Below are positions 51,625 to 64,000 of a stretch of 64,000 nt of DNA, piece by piece. A program made the position numbers and the translations under genes. The notes beneath the pieces were generated by a model. It was not told the DNA's origin and ran no database searches. It worked only from the letters and a program-made list of their open reading frames with translations. Source of the stretch: Octopus vulgaris (lineage: Eukaryota). Location: assembly GCA_951406725.2 (NCBI GenBank), contig OX597817.1:162006001-162070000 (forward strand), in the 5' to 3' direction. Within the stretch, counting starts at the first letter, position 1. Each line of letters opens with the position of its first letter.

Positions 51625-51835
51625 ACTCTTTACTCTTTTACTTGATTCAGTCATTTGACTGCGGCCATGCTGGAGCACCGCCTTTAGTCGAGCAAATCGA
51701 CCCCAGGACTTATTCTTTGTAAGCCCAGTACTTATTCTAACGGTTCTCTTTTGCCGAACCGCTAAGTTACGAGGACGTCAATACACCAGCATCGGTTGTC
51801 AAGCGATGTTGGGGGGGACAAACACAGACACACAA

Positions 51836-51874
<39 letters not shown>

Positions 51875-52034
51875 CGACAGACTTTCAGTTTCCGTCTACC
51901 AAATCCACTCACAAAGCTTTGGTCGGCCTGAGGCTATAGTAGAAGACACTTGCCCAAAGTGCCACGCAGTGGGACTGAACCCGGTACCATCTGGTCGGTA
52001 AGCAAGCTAGTTACCACACAGCCACTCCTGCGCC
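51625..52034 (-). mobile_element. SINE family A
   Basis: Full reverse-complement copy inside the old array. Confidence 0.9.
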
Positions 52035-52744
52035 TATAACTATTAACCCTTTCTACTATAGGCACAAGACCTGAAATTTGGGGGAAGGGACAAGTCGATT
52101 ACATGGACCCCAGTGTTTAACTGGTACTTATTTTATCGATTTCCAAAGGATGAAAGGTAAAGTCGACCTCGATGGAATAACAATTTTTAATAACCTCAGG
52201 AGTATCTACGTCGGGGAATCTTTCGGTATTACTAGACAACGTCATTCACGTCCTACACGGTTGCTCAGCCTGTTAGAAAAAGCTAAATTTCCCTTTTAAA
52301 ATGGAAGGATAGTGTATTGTTCTGTAGAAGGAGAGGTGGTCATGGCCGGAGTGCCATTGGTCTTAGATCTACTAAGACAGAACTGACCTGGAGTTAAACA
52401 CCACCACCACCAACAACAACAACAGCAACAACTATTTTCGCTATCACCTATGGAACACATCACCGCAGGAGTATCTACGTAGTTACCCGACCTACTAGAA
52501 TAGCAGCCAAATTTCTCTAGAAAAGGGAGGAATAATATGTAGTCTCCTAGAAGAGGACAGACCGCCAAGGGTGGTATGCTGTTGACCATAAATCTACTAA
52601 GATAAGGATGACCTGCGGTCAAACAACAGCAACAACAACAACAACAACAACAACCTTTAACACCATAACAGCAGGAGTAATATAAGGGCTGCTGCCCGAC
52701 ATATTTGAAATAATCAAATTTCCCTTGAAAATGGAGGGAATATA

Positions 52745-52940
52745 TATATAAAGTTAATCCAAACAAGAAAGCACAAAAAAACACAACAACGCGAGGACGT
52801 GGAACAAATATAGTATTATTGGATGCTCAGGAAGGAAGGGAAGGAGGGTTTAACGTTTCGAGCGGAGCTCTTCGTCGGAAACATAGGAGAAGGGAAGACA
52901 GAGGAAAAAGAATCGCCAACGGTACACACGAGGTCACAGA
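52745..52940 (-). mobile_element. Family P1 element at a short (TA)n
   Basis: Homologous to 35604-35825; variant hammerhead core at 52848-52882. Confidence 0.7.
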
Positions 52941-53645
52941 GGGGGGGGGTGCGGAGAGACAGACGGGGCAATATTTCGGTATTAGTACATGACGTCAGTC
53001 GTGAGTGAATGTGTGTGCGAGTGTATTTGACCATTCAGCTTTGTCGAGTAGATGAAAGACAATGTCACGCACTCACTCATTACAACATAGACTTGTACCG
53101 AAAGATTGCCTGGAGTACTTAGACAATGACTGTATTGTCATGGCTGGAATGTCGTGGATTGCAGATCTACCAAGACAGAGCAACAATCATCATCACCACA
53201 GCGTGTCAACGCAGGAGTGTCTATGTGGTTGCCCGACATACTTGAAATAGCAGCCAGATTTCCCTTGGAAAAAGGAAAGATATGTTGTTCTGAAGGAGAG
53301 ATCATCATGGATGGAATGTCGTTGATCATACGTCTACGAAAACAAAGATGACCTGGGGTTAAACAACCACCACAGGAATAATATATGTAGTTGCTCGAGA
53401 TATAGAAATAGCAGCCAAATTTGCATTGGAACTAGAGGGATAATATATAGTTCTAGAGAAGGACCAGATTGTCATGATTCATTTTAGGTTCTCTACGACA
53501 GGGCTAATCTAGGGCTAAACAGCAACACAACTATCATGACTAGTACGTGGTTGCCTAGACTGCTAGAAACAGCAGCCAGAATTCCCTCAGAGTTATAAAG
53601 TTATTGTCACGTAAGATAATATATAGGACTAGCTTCTGAGTTTTA

Positions 53646-54022
53646 GGCGCAGGAGTGGCTGTGTGGTAAGAAGCTTGCTTACGAACCACATGGTTCCGGG
53701 TTCAGTCCCACTGCGTGGCACTTTGGGCAAGTGCCTTCTACTATAGCCTCGGGCCGACCAAAGCCTTGTGAGTGGATTTGGTAGACGGAAACTGAAAGAA
53801 GCCCGTCGTATATATGTATATATATATATGTATGTATGTGTGTGTCTGTGTTTGTCCCCCCCAACATCGCTTGTCAACCGATGCTGGTGTGCTTACGTCC
53901 CCGTAACTTAGCGGTTCGGCAAGAGACCGATAAAATAAGTCCTGGAGAGCGATTTACTCGACCAAAGGCGGTGCTCCAGCATGGCCGCGGGCAAATGACT
54001 GAAACAAGTAAATGAGTAAAAG
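53646..54022 (+). mobile_element. SINE family A
   Basis: Head to tail. Confidence 0.9.
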
Positions 54023-54684
54023 ATGAGATGGTCAGTGTTGGGCCGTCTTTGAGAGCGTAGGTTAGGTTTGCTTAACCGGAATTGGTCTGAGGGCTAAACA
54101 AAGAAAATCATGCCATCGCCACTGGACACTCTACCACCACCACCACCACCACTACCACGATCACCATCACTACGACCACTATGATTGCCACCACTAGCAC
54201 CGCCAACACCAACACCATCAACACCATTACCACGACCACCAAGACCACCACGACCACCTCCACCACCGTTATCCGTATCACCACCTCCACCTCCCGCCAA
54301 TAGCAAAGAACAACCTTCCTCCCCCCCCCCCCCCCATAGACCACCCATATACACAACACTGCCCACTGTTCTACAATAGCGTTAGAGAGAGTGAGTGAGA
54401 GAGGGAGAGAGAGAGGGAGTAAGTGAGAGACAGAGAGGGAATGAGTGGTGGTTGTGGTGGTGGTGGTGGGGAGAATGAGATGTGAGGAGGGGGGGGGGGA
54501 ATCGGGCTAAAAACTAAGACAACGTAGATACGGAGCTTAATTAAAGGGGCGGTTGGTGCCTGGAGGTGACGGGTTAAAGAACAATGTAGCAGCAGTGGCA
54601 GCAGCAGTAGTAGTAGTGGTAGTGGTGGTGGTGATGGTGGTGGTGGTGGTGGTGATAGCATTGGTCTTATTCGAAGGTTTACAC

Positions 54685-54719
<35 letters not shown>

Positions 54720-55980
54720 CACCACCGCCACCACCACCACTACCGTTGCCACCGCCACCACTATCACCACTACTACCGCCGCCACTAGCACCTCCACCAC
54801 CACAACCATCACCACCATCGCTACCACCACCACCACCACCACCACCACCACCGCCGCCAGTACCACTACCGTTGCCACCGCCACCACTATCACCACTACT
54901 ACCGCCACTAGCACCTCCACCACCACCACCACAACCATCCCCGCCACCACCATCACCACCACCACCGCCGCCACTACCACTACCGTTGCCACCGCCACCA
55001 CTATCACCACTACTACCGCCGCCACTAGCACCTCCACCACCACAACCATCACCACCGCCACCACCACCACCACCACCACCGCCACCACCACCACCACCAC
55101 CACCGCCGCCACTACCACTACCACCGTTGCCACCGCCACCACCACCACCACCACCACCGCCGCCACTACCACTACCGTTGCCACCGCCACCACTATCACC
55201 ACTACTACCGCCACTAGCACCTCCACCACCACCACAACCATCACCACCACCACCACCACCACCACCACCGCCGCCACTACCACTACCGTTGCCACCGCCA
55301 CCACTATCACCACTACTACCGCCACTAGCACCTCCACCACCACCACAACCACCACCACCACCACCACCACCACCACCACCACCACCGCCGCCACTACCAC
55401 TACCGTTGCCACCGCCACCACTATCACCACTACTACCGCCACTAGCACCTCCACCACCACAACCATCACCGCCGCCACCATCACCACCACCACCGCCGCC
55501 ACTACCACTACCGTTGCCACCGCCACCACTATCACCACTACTACCGCCACTAGCACCTCCACCACCACCACAACCATCACCGCCACCACCACCACCACCA
55601 CCACCACCACCACCACCACCGCCGCCACTACCACTACCTTTGCCACCGCCACCACTATCACCACTACTACCGCCACTAGCAACTCCACCACCACCACAAC
55701 CATCCCCGCCACCACCATCACCACCACCACCGTCGCCACTACCACTACCGTTGCCACCGCCACCACTATCACCACCACCACTACCACAGCCACCACAGCC
55801 ACCACCACCATCGCCACCACCACAACCACCATCACCGCCGCCACTACCACTACCGTTGCCACCGCCACCACTATCACCACTACTACCGCCGCCACTTGCA
55901 CCGCCACCACCACCACCACAACCATCACCACCACCACCGCCACCGGCTTCACCGCCACCCCCACTACCATCACCACTACA
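54720..55980. repeat. (ACC)n-derived higher-order minisatellite, units of about 110-130 bp
   Basis: Anchor ACTACCGTTGCCACCGCCACCACTATCACCACTACTACCGCCACTAGCACCTCC recurs about 10 times. Confidence 0.9.
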
Positions 55981-55992
55981 TCATCATTACTA

Positions 55993-56023
<31 letters not shown>

Positions 56024-56279
56024 AACTATTGCTACTGCTGCTGCTGCTGCTGCGACCCCTACTGCAGAACACCAACCCCCACCCACCCACCACCCCTTTA
56101 ATTAAACTCTCTATGCATGTTGTCTTAGTTTTTACTCTCATTTGCCACCACCACCACCACCCCACCTTTTCCCCTCAATCCTTCCAACCCCCACCTCTCT
56201 CCATTTATCTTTCTCCATCTCCCTCTTCCTTCAGCGCTCTCTCTCTCCAAGCCTCACTCTCCCCTCTGTTGATGTAGGT

Positions 56280-56462
56280 CTTTCTCTCTCTCTCTCTCTC
56301 TCTCTTCCTCTTTCTCTCTCTTCCTCTTTCTCTCTCTTCCTCTTTCTCTCTCTTCCTCTTCCTCTTTCTCTCTCTTTCTCTTTTCCTCTTTCTCTCTCTC
56401 TTCCTCTTTCTCTCTCTCTCTTCCTCTTTCTCTCTCTCTTCCTCTTTCTCTCTCTCTCTTCC

Positions 56463-56516
<54 letters not shown>

Positions 56517-56683
56517 TCTCTTCCTCTTTCTCTCTCTCTCTTCCTCTTTCTCTCTCTCTCTTTCTCTCTCTCTTCCTCTTTCTCTCTCTCTTTCTCTCTC
56601 TCTCTTCCTCTTTCTCTCTCTCTCTTCCTCTTTCTCTCTCTCTCTTCCTCTTTCTCTCTCTCTCTTTCTCTCTCTTTTCCTCT

Positions 56684-56724
<41 letters not shown>

Positions 56725-56760
56725 TCTTCCTCTCTCTCTCTTCCTCTTTCTCTCTCTCTC
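56280..56760. repeat. Polypyrimidine (CT)n/CTTCCTCTTT tract
   Basis: About 480 bp of pure C/T. Confidence 0.95.
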
Positions 56761-56901
56761 TGTTTCATTTAACTACGTCTCTAAGTGTGCTTCTATTTGC
56801 CTTTTTATACATGAGTCTATATACGATCTGCATGGATGTATATATGGTCGTGATATACATACATACATACATGCATGCATACAGTATATAACATATACAA
56901 T

Positions 56902-57130
56902 AAGGCGGCGAGCTGGCAGAAACGTTAGCACGCCGGGCGAAATGCGTAGCCGTATTTCGTCTGCCGTTACGTTCTGAGTTCAAATTCCGCCGAGGTCGAC
57001 TTTGCCTTTCATCCTTTCGGGGTCGATAAATTAAGTACCATTTACGCACTGGGTCGATGTAATCGACTTAATCCGTTTGTCTGTCCTTGTTTGTCCTCTG
57101 TGTTTAGCCCCTTGTGGGTAGTAAGGAAAT
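56902..57130 (+). mobile_element. SINE family B
   Basis: Full head to tail. Confidence 0.9.
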
Positions 57131-57246
57131 ATATATATATATATGTGTATGTATGCATGTATGTATGTATGTATGTATGTATGTATGCATGTATGTATGT
57201 ATGTATGTATGTATGTATGTATGTATGTATGTATGTATGTATGTAT

Positions 57247-57394
57247 GACTGTGTGGTAAGTAGCTTGTTTGCCAACCACATGGTTCCGGGTTCAGTCCCG
57301 CTGCATGGCTCCTTAGGCAAGTATCTTCTACTTTAGCCTTAACCGACCAAGGCTTTGTGAGTGGATTTGGTAGACGGAAACGGGAAGAAACCAG

Positions 57395-57464
<70 letters not shown>

Positions 57465-57678
57465 GTGTGTGCGTGCGCGTGCTTTCGTCTTCTCGCTATC
57501 CCTTGATAACCGATGCTGGTGTGTTTATGTTCCCCGTAAGACAGCGGTTCGGCAAAAGGGACCGATAGAATAAGTACTAGGCTTACAAAGAATAAGTCCT
57601 GGGATCGATTTGATTCGACTAAATCCCTTTAAGGCGGTGCTCCAGCATAGCTGCAGTCAAATGACTGAAACAAGTAAA
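57247..57678 (+). mobile_element. SINE family A (diverged, GT expansion)
   Basis: Head to tail. Confidence 0.85.
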
Positions 57679-57745
57679 AAAAAAAGTTTATATATATATG
57701 TGTGTGTGTGTGTGTGTGCATACGTACATATATAGTTACACACAT

Positions 57746-57802
<57 letters not shown>

Positions 57803-58349
57803 CAAGGGTGAGTCAAAAAGTAATGCCATTTTGTTTAGGACAGATATAATTACCAACACAGGAACATGTATCATACATCAAAATGAAGTATGTCCTCTGT
57901 GGATCACATCCCTACTCCTCAACATAGTCACCGTTTCTCTCATTAGCAATGTTCCACCTTCGAATGAGAGCATGTATCCCTGCCCCGTAAAATTCTGCTG
58001 ACTGTTCTTTGAGCCACTTTTCTGCTACAGTTTTCACTTCCTCTTCACTGGACTATCATCGTCACGAGACTATCTTCTCTTTGGCCCCATGAAAGAGGCT
58101 TTGATAGGCAAACATTATTCCAGTGGTGAGAAAATGAAAACTGTAGTGAAGAAGTGGCTCAAAGAACAGTCAACAGAATTGTACGGGGCAGGGATAATGC
58201 TCTCATTCGAAGGTGGAACATTGCTATTGAGAGAAACGGTGACTATGTTGAGAAGTAGGGATGTGCTTTATTTCGATGTATGATACATGTCCCTGTGTTG
58301 GTAACTATACCTGTCCTAAAAAATAGCATTACTTTTTGACTCACCCTCG
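57803..58349. mobile_element. Palindromic mariner derivative made of two 3' ends
   Basis: TA|CAAGGGTGAGTCAAAAAGTAATGC...GCATTACTTTTTGACTCACCCTCG|TA; both arms carry transposase C-terminal sequence (DYLLFGPMKEALIGKHYSS...WLKEQ...NGDYVEK). Confidence 0.9.
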
Positions 58350-58619
58350 TATTTAAATATGACTAGTCGGAGTACAGTTTGCAAAAGTCAACATTCTGGA
58401 GTTTATACAATTGTATGTGAGGCACACGGTTTGACCATCTCGCCACAGTTCTAGATGGTAAAACGTAAATGCCACCACTACGACATGAACCTGAAGATTG
58501 CATGGTTTAGTGCTGGTTCAATCAGAATGAATATTTAATTTGTCTTATATTGTATTATTGTAAGATTGTAAATGGAGCGTGGATGTCAAAGCTGGAGTTT
58601 CTCTGCGTAATGTATTCTT

Positions 58620-59370
58620 CTGTATACAATCATACACACCCGTGTGTCTCTTGCCCTTGCTTGATTTACGCGTTCGCCACCACAACCACGTTTAGGCTTA
58701 GCAGCCCTTCCTGTTTGTTTTCACTGTCCTGTTTGTGTTACCTATTCTGACCCTCCGCAAAATCCCAAATTGTATTTAATTTGCTCTGCGGGAGAACCTC
58801 CTCCGTCTCAGCCAGAAAAAAGGCCTTTTCGTTTGTTTTCTTGTTTGTTTTCTTGTTTATATTTATTTCTCGTGTTGTATTTTCTTATTATTTCTCGTAT
58901 TGTATTTTCTTGTACATGTATTTTTATCTTGTATTTTATTTTGTATTTTTATTCGTATCGTTTTTACGTCCTGTTTGTGATACATTTTTTCTTGTCTTTA
59001 TCCCTCTGCGAGGCAATTTTATTTTAATTCTCTCGCAGGAAGGATTGGTTTGGCGAGTCGTGTCCTGTCTTGCCTTCGAAACACGCTGGAGCCGAACTAG
59101 TGACAGCTGATGATAGGGGATTTTTCCTTGTGTATTATGTCCTGTACAAAAAATTGGTTTTTCCGTTTTCGTTTCTCGTTGAGTTCTACGTCTCTGTTTT
59201 TCTGTTATAAAAAATGGTTTTTCCGTTTTCGTTTTTCGTTTCTCGTTGAGTTCTACGTCTAGTTGTGGTGTCCTGTACTCACGTGTATATATATTTATAT
59301 ATGCATGTATATATACATGTAGATGTAGGTACGTACATATATGTTTGTATGTATGCATATATTTTATTTA
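58620..59370 (+). mobile_element. Family P3 element
   Basis: Homologous blocks shared with 16640-17200. Confidence 0.65.
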
Positions 59371-59493
59371 TTACACTATTGTTTGACAGCGCCCTCGCGT
59401 CGGGTTCGATTCGATTCGTTCGCTTCGTTCCATTTCTTATTCTCCCAGTACTGTTTTACATACATACATATATATACACAGACACACACACAC

Positions 59494-59554
<61 letters not shown>

Positions 59555-59709
59555 GACATTTGAGAAATTTGAAGAGTCAACACGAAACCGGTAATTTCTC
59601 CAAAAACTATGTTACTATATGCAAAATTTTATAACATTCTTCTAACATAACGACTCAAATATATCCTTTAACCTTATAAAACAAGCCTTCTGTAGTTTTT
59701 TCACTCGTT

Positions 59710-59751
<42 letters not shown>

Positions 59752-59760
59752 TACACACAC

Positions 59761-59960
59761 ACGCCGGGCGAAATGCGTAGCCGTATTTCGTCTGCCGTTA
59801 CGTTCTGAGTTCAAATTCCGTCGAGGTCGACTTTGCCTTTCATCCTTTCGGGGTCGATTAAATAAGTACCAGTTACGCACTGGGGTCGATATAATCGACT
59901 TAATCCGTTTGTCTGTCCTTGTTTGTCCTCACTGTGTTTAGCCCCTTGTGGGTAGTAAAG

Positions 59961-59963
<3 letters not shown>
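59761..59963 (+). mobile_element. SINE family B (5'-truncated)
   Basis: Core and tail between microsatellites. Confidence 0.9.
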
Positions 59964-60029
<66 letters not shown>

Positions 60030-60440
60030 TTAGTAAGGAGCCTCTTGACATTTACATTTGCCTTGTCCATATCCTATTCTACTTCTGCTCCATATCTTAT
60101 TCAAGGGTTGAAGGCCACATGCAAGAGTATCTTGATGCTCTCAGGAATCCGTCAAAGTGCTTTTTTATTCAGTACCTGATAAAAGCATATCTTGGCCTCA
60201 TTCTCAGATGTCAAAGTTGGTGCACAAGTACCGCGGGAAAAGTGACAAAGCATTTCTTTGTTGAGGGTGGGGTTGGGGCACGAGGGGGGGGGGGCTGGGA
60301 TCGGAAGATCATGAACACTTTCACTAATTCAAACCGTTCTATTTTTTTTCCTTCCTGTGAGACTTGGTAGTAAAGGTGTTTTTGATGGCCATCCCTACTC
60401 CATGGAGATATTGCTCACCTTCAGGGAAACATTTCCAAAA
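60030..60440 (-). mobile_element. Decayed RTE LINE apurinic-endonuclease-domain fragment
   Basis: Frameshifted FWKCFPEGEQYLHGVGMAIKN and CAPTLTSENEAKICFYQ (compare HGVGFAI and YAPT...KDxFY). Confidence 0.7.
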
Positions 60441-60452
60441 GAAAGTTTAACT

Positions 60453-61216
60453 TAGTGGTTCTCAACCGGAGTCCATGTGGCCCCTGCGAGTCCGTATGAG
60501 ACTTGGGGTGGGATATATACAACAAAATAGTAAATTGGTGGCGGGTCCACAATAGTATTTTAAGGACCCGGAAAATTTTTGCTTTTGGTGTATGTATTGG
60601 CATGTATTGGAAGAAACAGCCAGATTTCTTTCTCTAACATTTTACATAGTTCAACCTGTGGAGGCACAATGGCCCAGTGGTTAGGGTAGCGGACTCGCGG
60701 TTATAGGATCGCGGTTTCGATTCCCAGACCGGGCGTTGTGAGTGTTTATTGAGCGAAAACACCTAAAGCTCCACGAGGCTCTGGCAGGGGATGGTGGTGA
60801 TCCCTGCTGTACTCTTTCACCACAACTTTCTCTCACTCTTACTTCCTGTTTCTGTTGTACCTGTATTTCAAGGGGCCGGCCTTGTCACTCTCTGTGTCAC
60901 GCTGAATATCCCCGAGAACTACGTTAAGGGTACACGTGTCTGTGGAGTGCTCAGCCACTTACACGTTAATTTCACGAGCAGGCTGCTCCGTTGATTCGGA
61001 TCAACCGGAACCCTCATCGTCGTAACCGACGGAGTGCTTCCATTCCACATAGTTCAACCTACACAAGAGAATGTGTGAAAAACAAACTAGGAATTTTGAA
61101 AAAAAAGTTTCTATAAAAGTAACTTTTAAACATTGAATGGCAATAGGGGTTCGCCAGAATAAAATAGTAATCAAAGGGGTCAAGAGATGAAAAAAAATGA
61201 TGGTTGAGAACCCCTG
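60453..61216. mobile_element. hAT-like MITE interrupted by SINE C
   Basis: TAGTGGTTCTCAACC...GGTTGAGAACCCCTG; 8-bp TSD GTTTAACT/GTGTAACT (7 of 8 match). Confidence 0.82.
60658..61046 (+). mobile_element. SINE family C, tail type 1
   Basis: 14-bp TSD ACATAGTTCAACCT at 60644-60657 and 61047-61060. Confidence 0.93.
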
Positions 61217-61304
61217 GTGTAACTCATTGCTTACTCTGTTGTAGAACCCTCATATGGAAATTGTTTCCATTCAAGGCAGTAATGTCGATGTCAATGTTAC
61301 AGCC

Positions 61305-61884
61305 CAGTGGTTCTCAATCATTTTTTTTACCGATGGACCCCTTTGCTTCTTAATTTACTCCGGTAGACACCCCACTATCCATTCGATGTTAAAAAAAATC
61401 TTATATCTTTACTATTACATATTATCAGGAAATAGTATTTAAAAAGTGTGGAGGCACATGGCCTAGTGGTTAGAGCAGCGGGCTTGCGGTCGAGGGATCG
61501 CGGGTTCGAATCTATGACCGGGCGATGTGTGTGTTTATGAGCGAAACACCTAATCTCCACGCGGCTCCGGCAGAAAGTAATGGCGAACTTCTGCTGACTC
61601 TTTCGCCACAACTTTCTCTCACTCTTTCCTTCTGCATCTTGCAGCTCACCTGCGACGGACCGGCGTCCCGTCCAGGTGGGGAACCTATACGCCAAGGAAA
61701 CCGGGAAGCCGGCCCTTATGAGCCAGGCGTGGCTCGAGAAGTAACAAACATTTAAAAAGTGTCAATCCATTTTTGTTTATTGTAGAAGTATAACCAATTT
61801 ATTGCTCCTGAATTTTAACACAAAATCTTATATGGACCCCACTCCATCCGCCAAGGGCCATACGGATCCCGCTGAGAGCCTCTG
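61305..61884. mobile_element. hAT-like MITE (diverged) interrupted by a SINE C variant
   Basis: CAGTGGTTCTCAATC...GCTGAGAGCCTCTG termini. Confidence 0.65.
61450..61749 (+). mobile_element. SINE family C, tail type 3
   Basis: Related tRNA head with a distinct 3' half; 13-bp TSD ATTTAAAAAGTGT at 61437-61449 and 61750-61762. Confidence 0.88.
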
Positions 61885-62331
61885 CTGTAGCTCCCCACCT
61901 CAGCGGGGGCTCTTCTCCAGAGAGGCCTGTAAGAGATACAACACGAGTTTCCTATTTCAGCCGCAGTTCTAGAATGATCCGATAGGTGTGACAGTAACCA
62001 ATTCTCCTGAATGATTTAAAGGGTAATTTTTAGGCCAGCTTTCGTCGGTCTTTCCCCATCTGAAGCGATTCATGTGGACACAAACTAGGAACACTAGGTC
62101 GCACAAATCCGCCAGAAATAGATGCCATTCAGCAGTGGCGTAGCTAGAGTGTGTGCCACCCAGGGCAACTTTTAAGTTTGCAGTCCCAAATCCCTCACCC
62201 CTGTACAGGTTTATAAAGCAGATCCAAAAGTGCAGTTACCATAAAAACGTCACCCGAGGTGGACCTCTACCATAGACCTTCCTTAATTGTCTGCTACCAT
62301 TCAATTGCAGTTGATAGCGAATAAATACCTT

Positions 62332-62560
62332 TTTCTTTATTACCCACAAGGGGCTAAACATAGAGGGGACAAACAAGGACAGACATAGGTATTAAGTCGA
62401 TTACATCGACCCCAGTGCGTAACTGGTACATAATTTATCGACCCCGAAAGGATGAAAGGCAAAGTCGACCTCGGCGGAATTTGAACTCGGAACGTAACGA
62501 CAGACGAAATACCGCTAAGCACTTCGCCCGGCGTGCTGACGTTTCTGCCAGCTCGTCGCC
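62332..62560 (-). mobile_element. SINE family B
   Basis: TSD TAGCGAATAAATACCTT at 62315-62331 and 62561-62577. Confidence 0.92.
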
Positions 62561-62902
62561 TAGCGAATAAATACCTTGTGTCACTGTTGTACAGGGTTAT
62601 GACTACACACACCAGTTATATCCCTGCCTACAGTCATTGCCAGGCGCAACATCGCTAACAGACCTCAACTACTAAAATCTAGCTATTGTTCACTGATCAC
62701 AGGGTTTCGAAGTAGTAACCTGCACAAGGGGAATTTTAAAATGCCCCAGTGAGTGTGTCATCATGATGAAGTCATTCTCGATGATGAGGGTAGATCCAGG
62801 ACAACCGGTCACAGGAGGTTTGTCGGGTCCTTTGTTACTTGCCCCAACGGTACACTGCCAGCGCATTGCTTTTCAGTGGCAGACTTTGTTTCAATAAACT
62901 TA

Positions 62903-63287
62903 AGGAAGCACTCCGTCGGTTACGACGACGAGGGTTCCGGTTGATCCGTATCAACGGAACAGCCTGCTCGTGAAATTAACGTGTAAGTGGCTGAGCACTC
63001 CACAGACACGTGTACCCTTAACGTAGTTCTCGGGGATTTTCAGCGTGACACAGAGAGTGACAAGGCCGGTCCTTTGAAATACAGGTACAACAGAAACAGG
63101 AAGTAAGAGTGAGTGAAAGTTGTGGTGAAAGAGTACAGCAGGGATCACCACCATCCCCTGCCGGAGCCTGGTGGAGCTTTAGGTGTTTTCGCTCAATAAA
63201 CACTCACAGCGCCCGGTCTGGGAATCGAAACCACGATCCTATGACCGCGAGTCCGCTGCCCTAACCACTGGGCCATTGCGCCTCCAC
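62903..63287 (-). mobile_element. SINE family C, tail type 1
   Basis: 13-bp TSD TTCAATAAACTTA at 62890-62902 and 63288-63300. Confidence 0.93.
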
Positions 63288-63479
63288 TTCAATAAACTTA
63301 CCACGTGGTGACAATGTTATATCGCCTATAGAGTGGGACAAGAGTTAACAAGCATCAGGGCATATTCACACTTTAGTAGGCTTGCATTCTGGACTCCAGT
63401 ACAGTTCCTGTACTCTTGTCTAAAACCATAAAGTACTCAGTTTCCGAATATGGCCAAAGAGAGGCAGTAGCAGAGTGCT

Positions 63480-63720
63480 CTGTATTGACAGTGATGCCTG
63501 AAGCAGTGAGTGGGTCTTGGAAGAACAGGAGCAGAGTGGAAATGATCTTCACAGCTAGGAAACTCCAGGAAAATTACCGGAAACAATATCAGCAAGCGGT
63601 TACAGCCTTTGTCGGCTTCTCCAAAGCATTCGACATCCTGAAAAGAGAGTTCTTACGGGATGTCATCCTCAGATTTAGCTGTCCCAGTAAATTTGCTAAT
63701 ATCCTTTGCTAAATCCATCA
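63480..63720 (+). mobile_element. Decayed RTE LINE reverse-transcriptase fragment
   Basis: MPEAVSGSWKNRSRVEMIFTARKLQENYRKQ...AFVGFSKAFDILKREFL...RFSCPSKF (compare LPESQCGFRxxRSTxDMIFxxRQLQEKCREQ...FVDLxKAFD). Confidence 0.85.
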
Positions 63721-63842
63721 TGTATGTATGTATACACACACACAACCACACAAACACACGCGCGTATATATATGTATATATATATACACACACGCACACA
63801 CACATATGTATATATGCATACACATGCATATATGTATGTATG

Positions 63843-63934
<92 letters not shown>

Positions 63935-64000
63935 AAGGTAAGCATAAATGCGAAACAAAGTGGGGAAAAGTAGTACTCGAATATCGGGGGTAGAGTAATA

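Larger units (their letters stand above)
51040..53600 (+). repeat. Head-to-tail array of about 9 highly diverged 200-230-bp units of an old SINE-like repeat
   Basis: Recurrent GCTAGAAATAGCAGCCAAAT...CATGGCTGGAA...TTGATCATA...TGACCTGGGGTTAAAC(AAC)n, interrupted by younger inserts. Confidence 0.7.

Noticed and set aside
54553-56277. 574-aa Thr-rich, 451-aa Pro-rich and 492-aa Val-rich ORFs
   Set aside because: Open on both strands because (ACC)n lacks stops; no signal peptide, domain or credible start. Treated as a repeat.
61880-61940. Twister-like CTGTAGCTCC
   Set aside because: The remaining twister core and pseudoknot elements are absent.

Overview
AT-rich, repeat-saturated eukaryotic (animal) non-coding DNA. 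From recall, the SINE families and microsatellite load look like an Octopus genome; this is not verified. I cannot support any intact protein-coding gene. The long ORFs in the track are microsatellite or low-complexity artefacts, and the only recognisable coding remnants are decayed Tc1/mariner transposases and RTE-clade LINE fragments. The window contains three abundant tRNA-type SINE families (here A, B and C), non-autonomous Helitrons, hAT-, Merlin-, pogo- and mariner-type MITEs, and very many (TA)n, (TACA)n, (GATA)n, (CA)n and (ACC)n tracts. The most interesting signal is a dense, diverse set of small non-coding elements, mostly sitting in or next to (TA)n/(TACA)n tracts, that carry minimal type-I hammerhead-ribozyme motifs (CUGANGA-stem II-GAAA-palindromic stem III-NUH). 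They occur as terminally redundant monomers (250 and 496 bp), fold-back dimers and a 154-bp tandem array. This fits Penelope-pLTR-derived or retrozyme-like non-autonomous retroelements. Coordinates were read by eye and may be off by a few bases.
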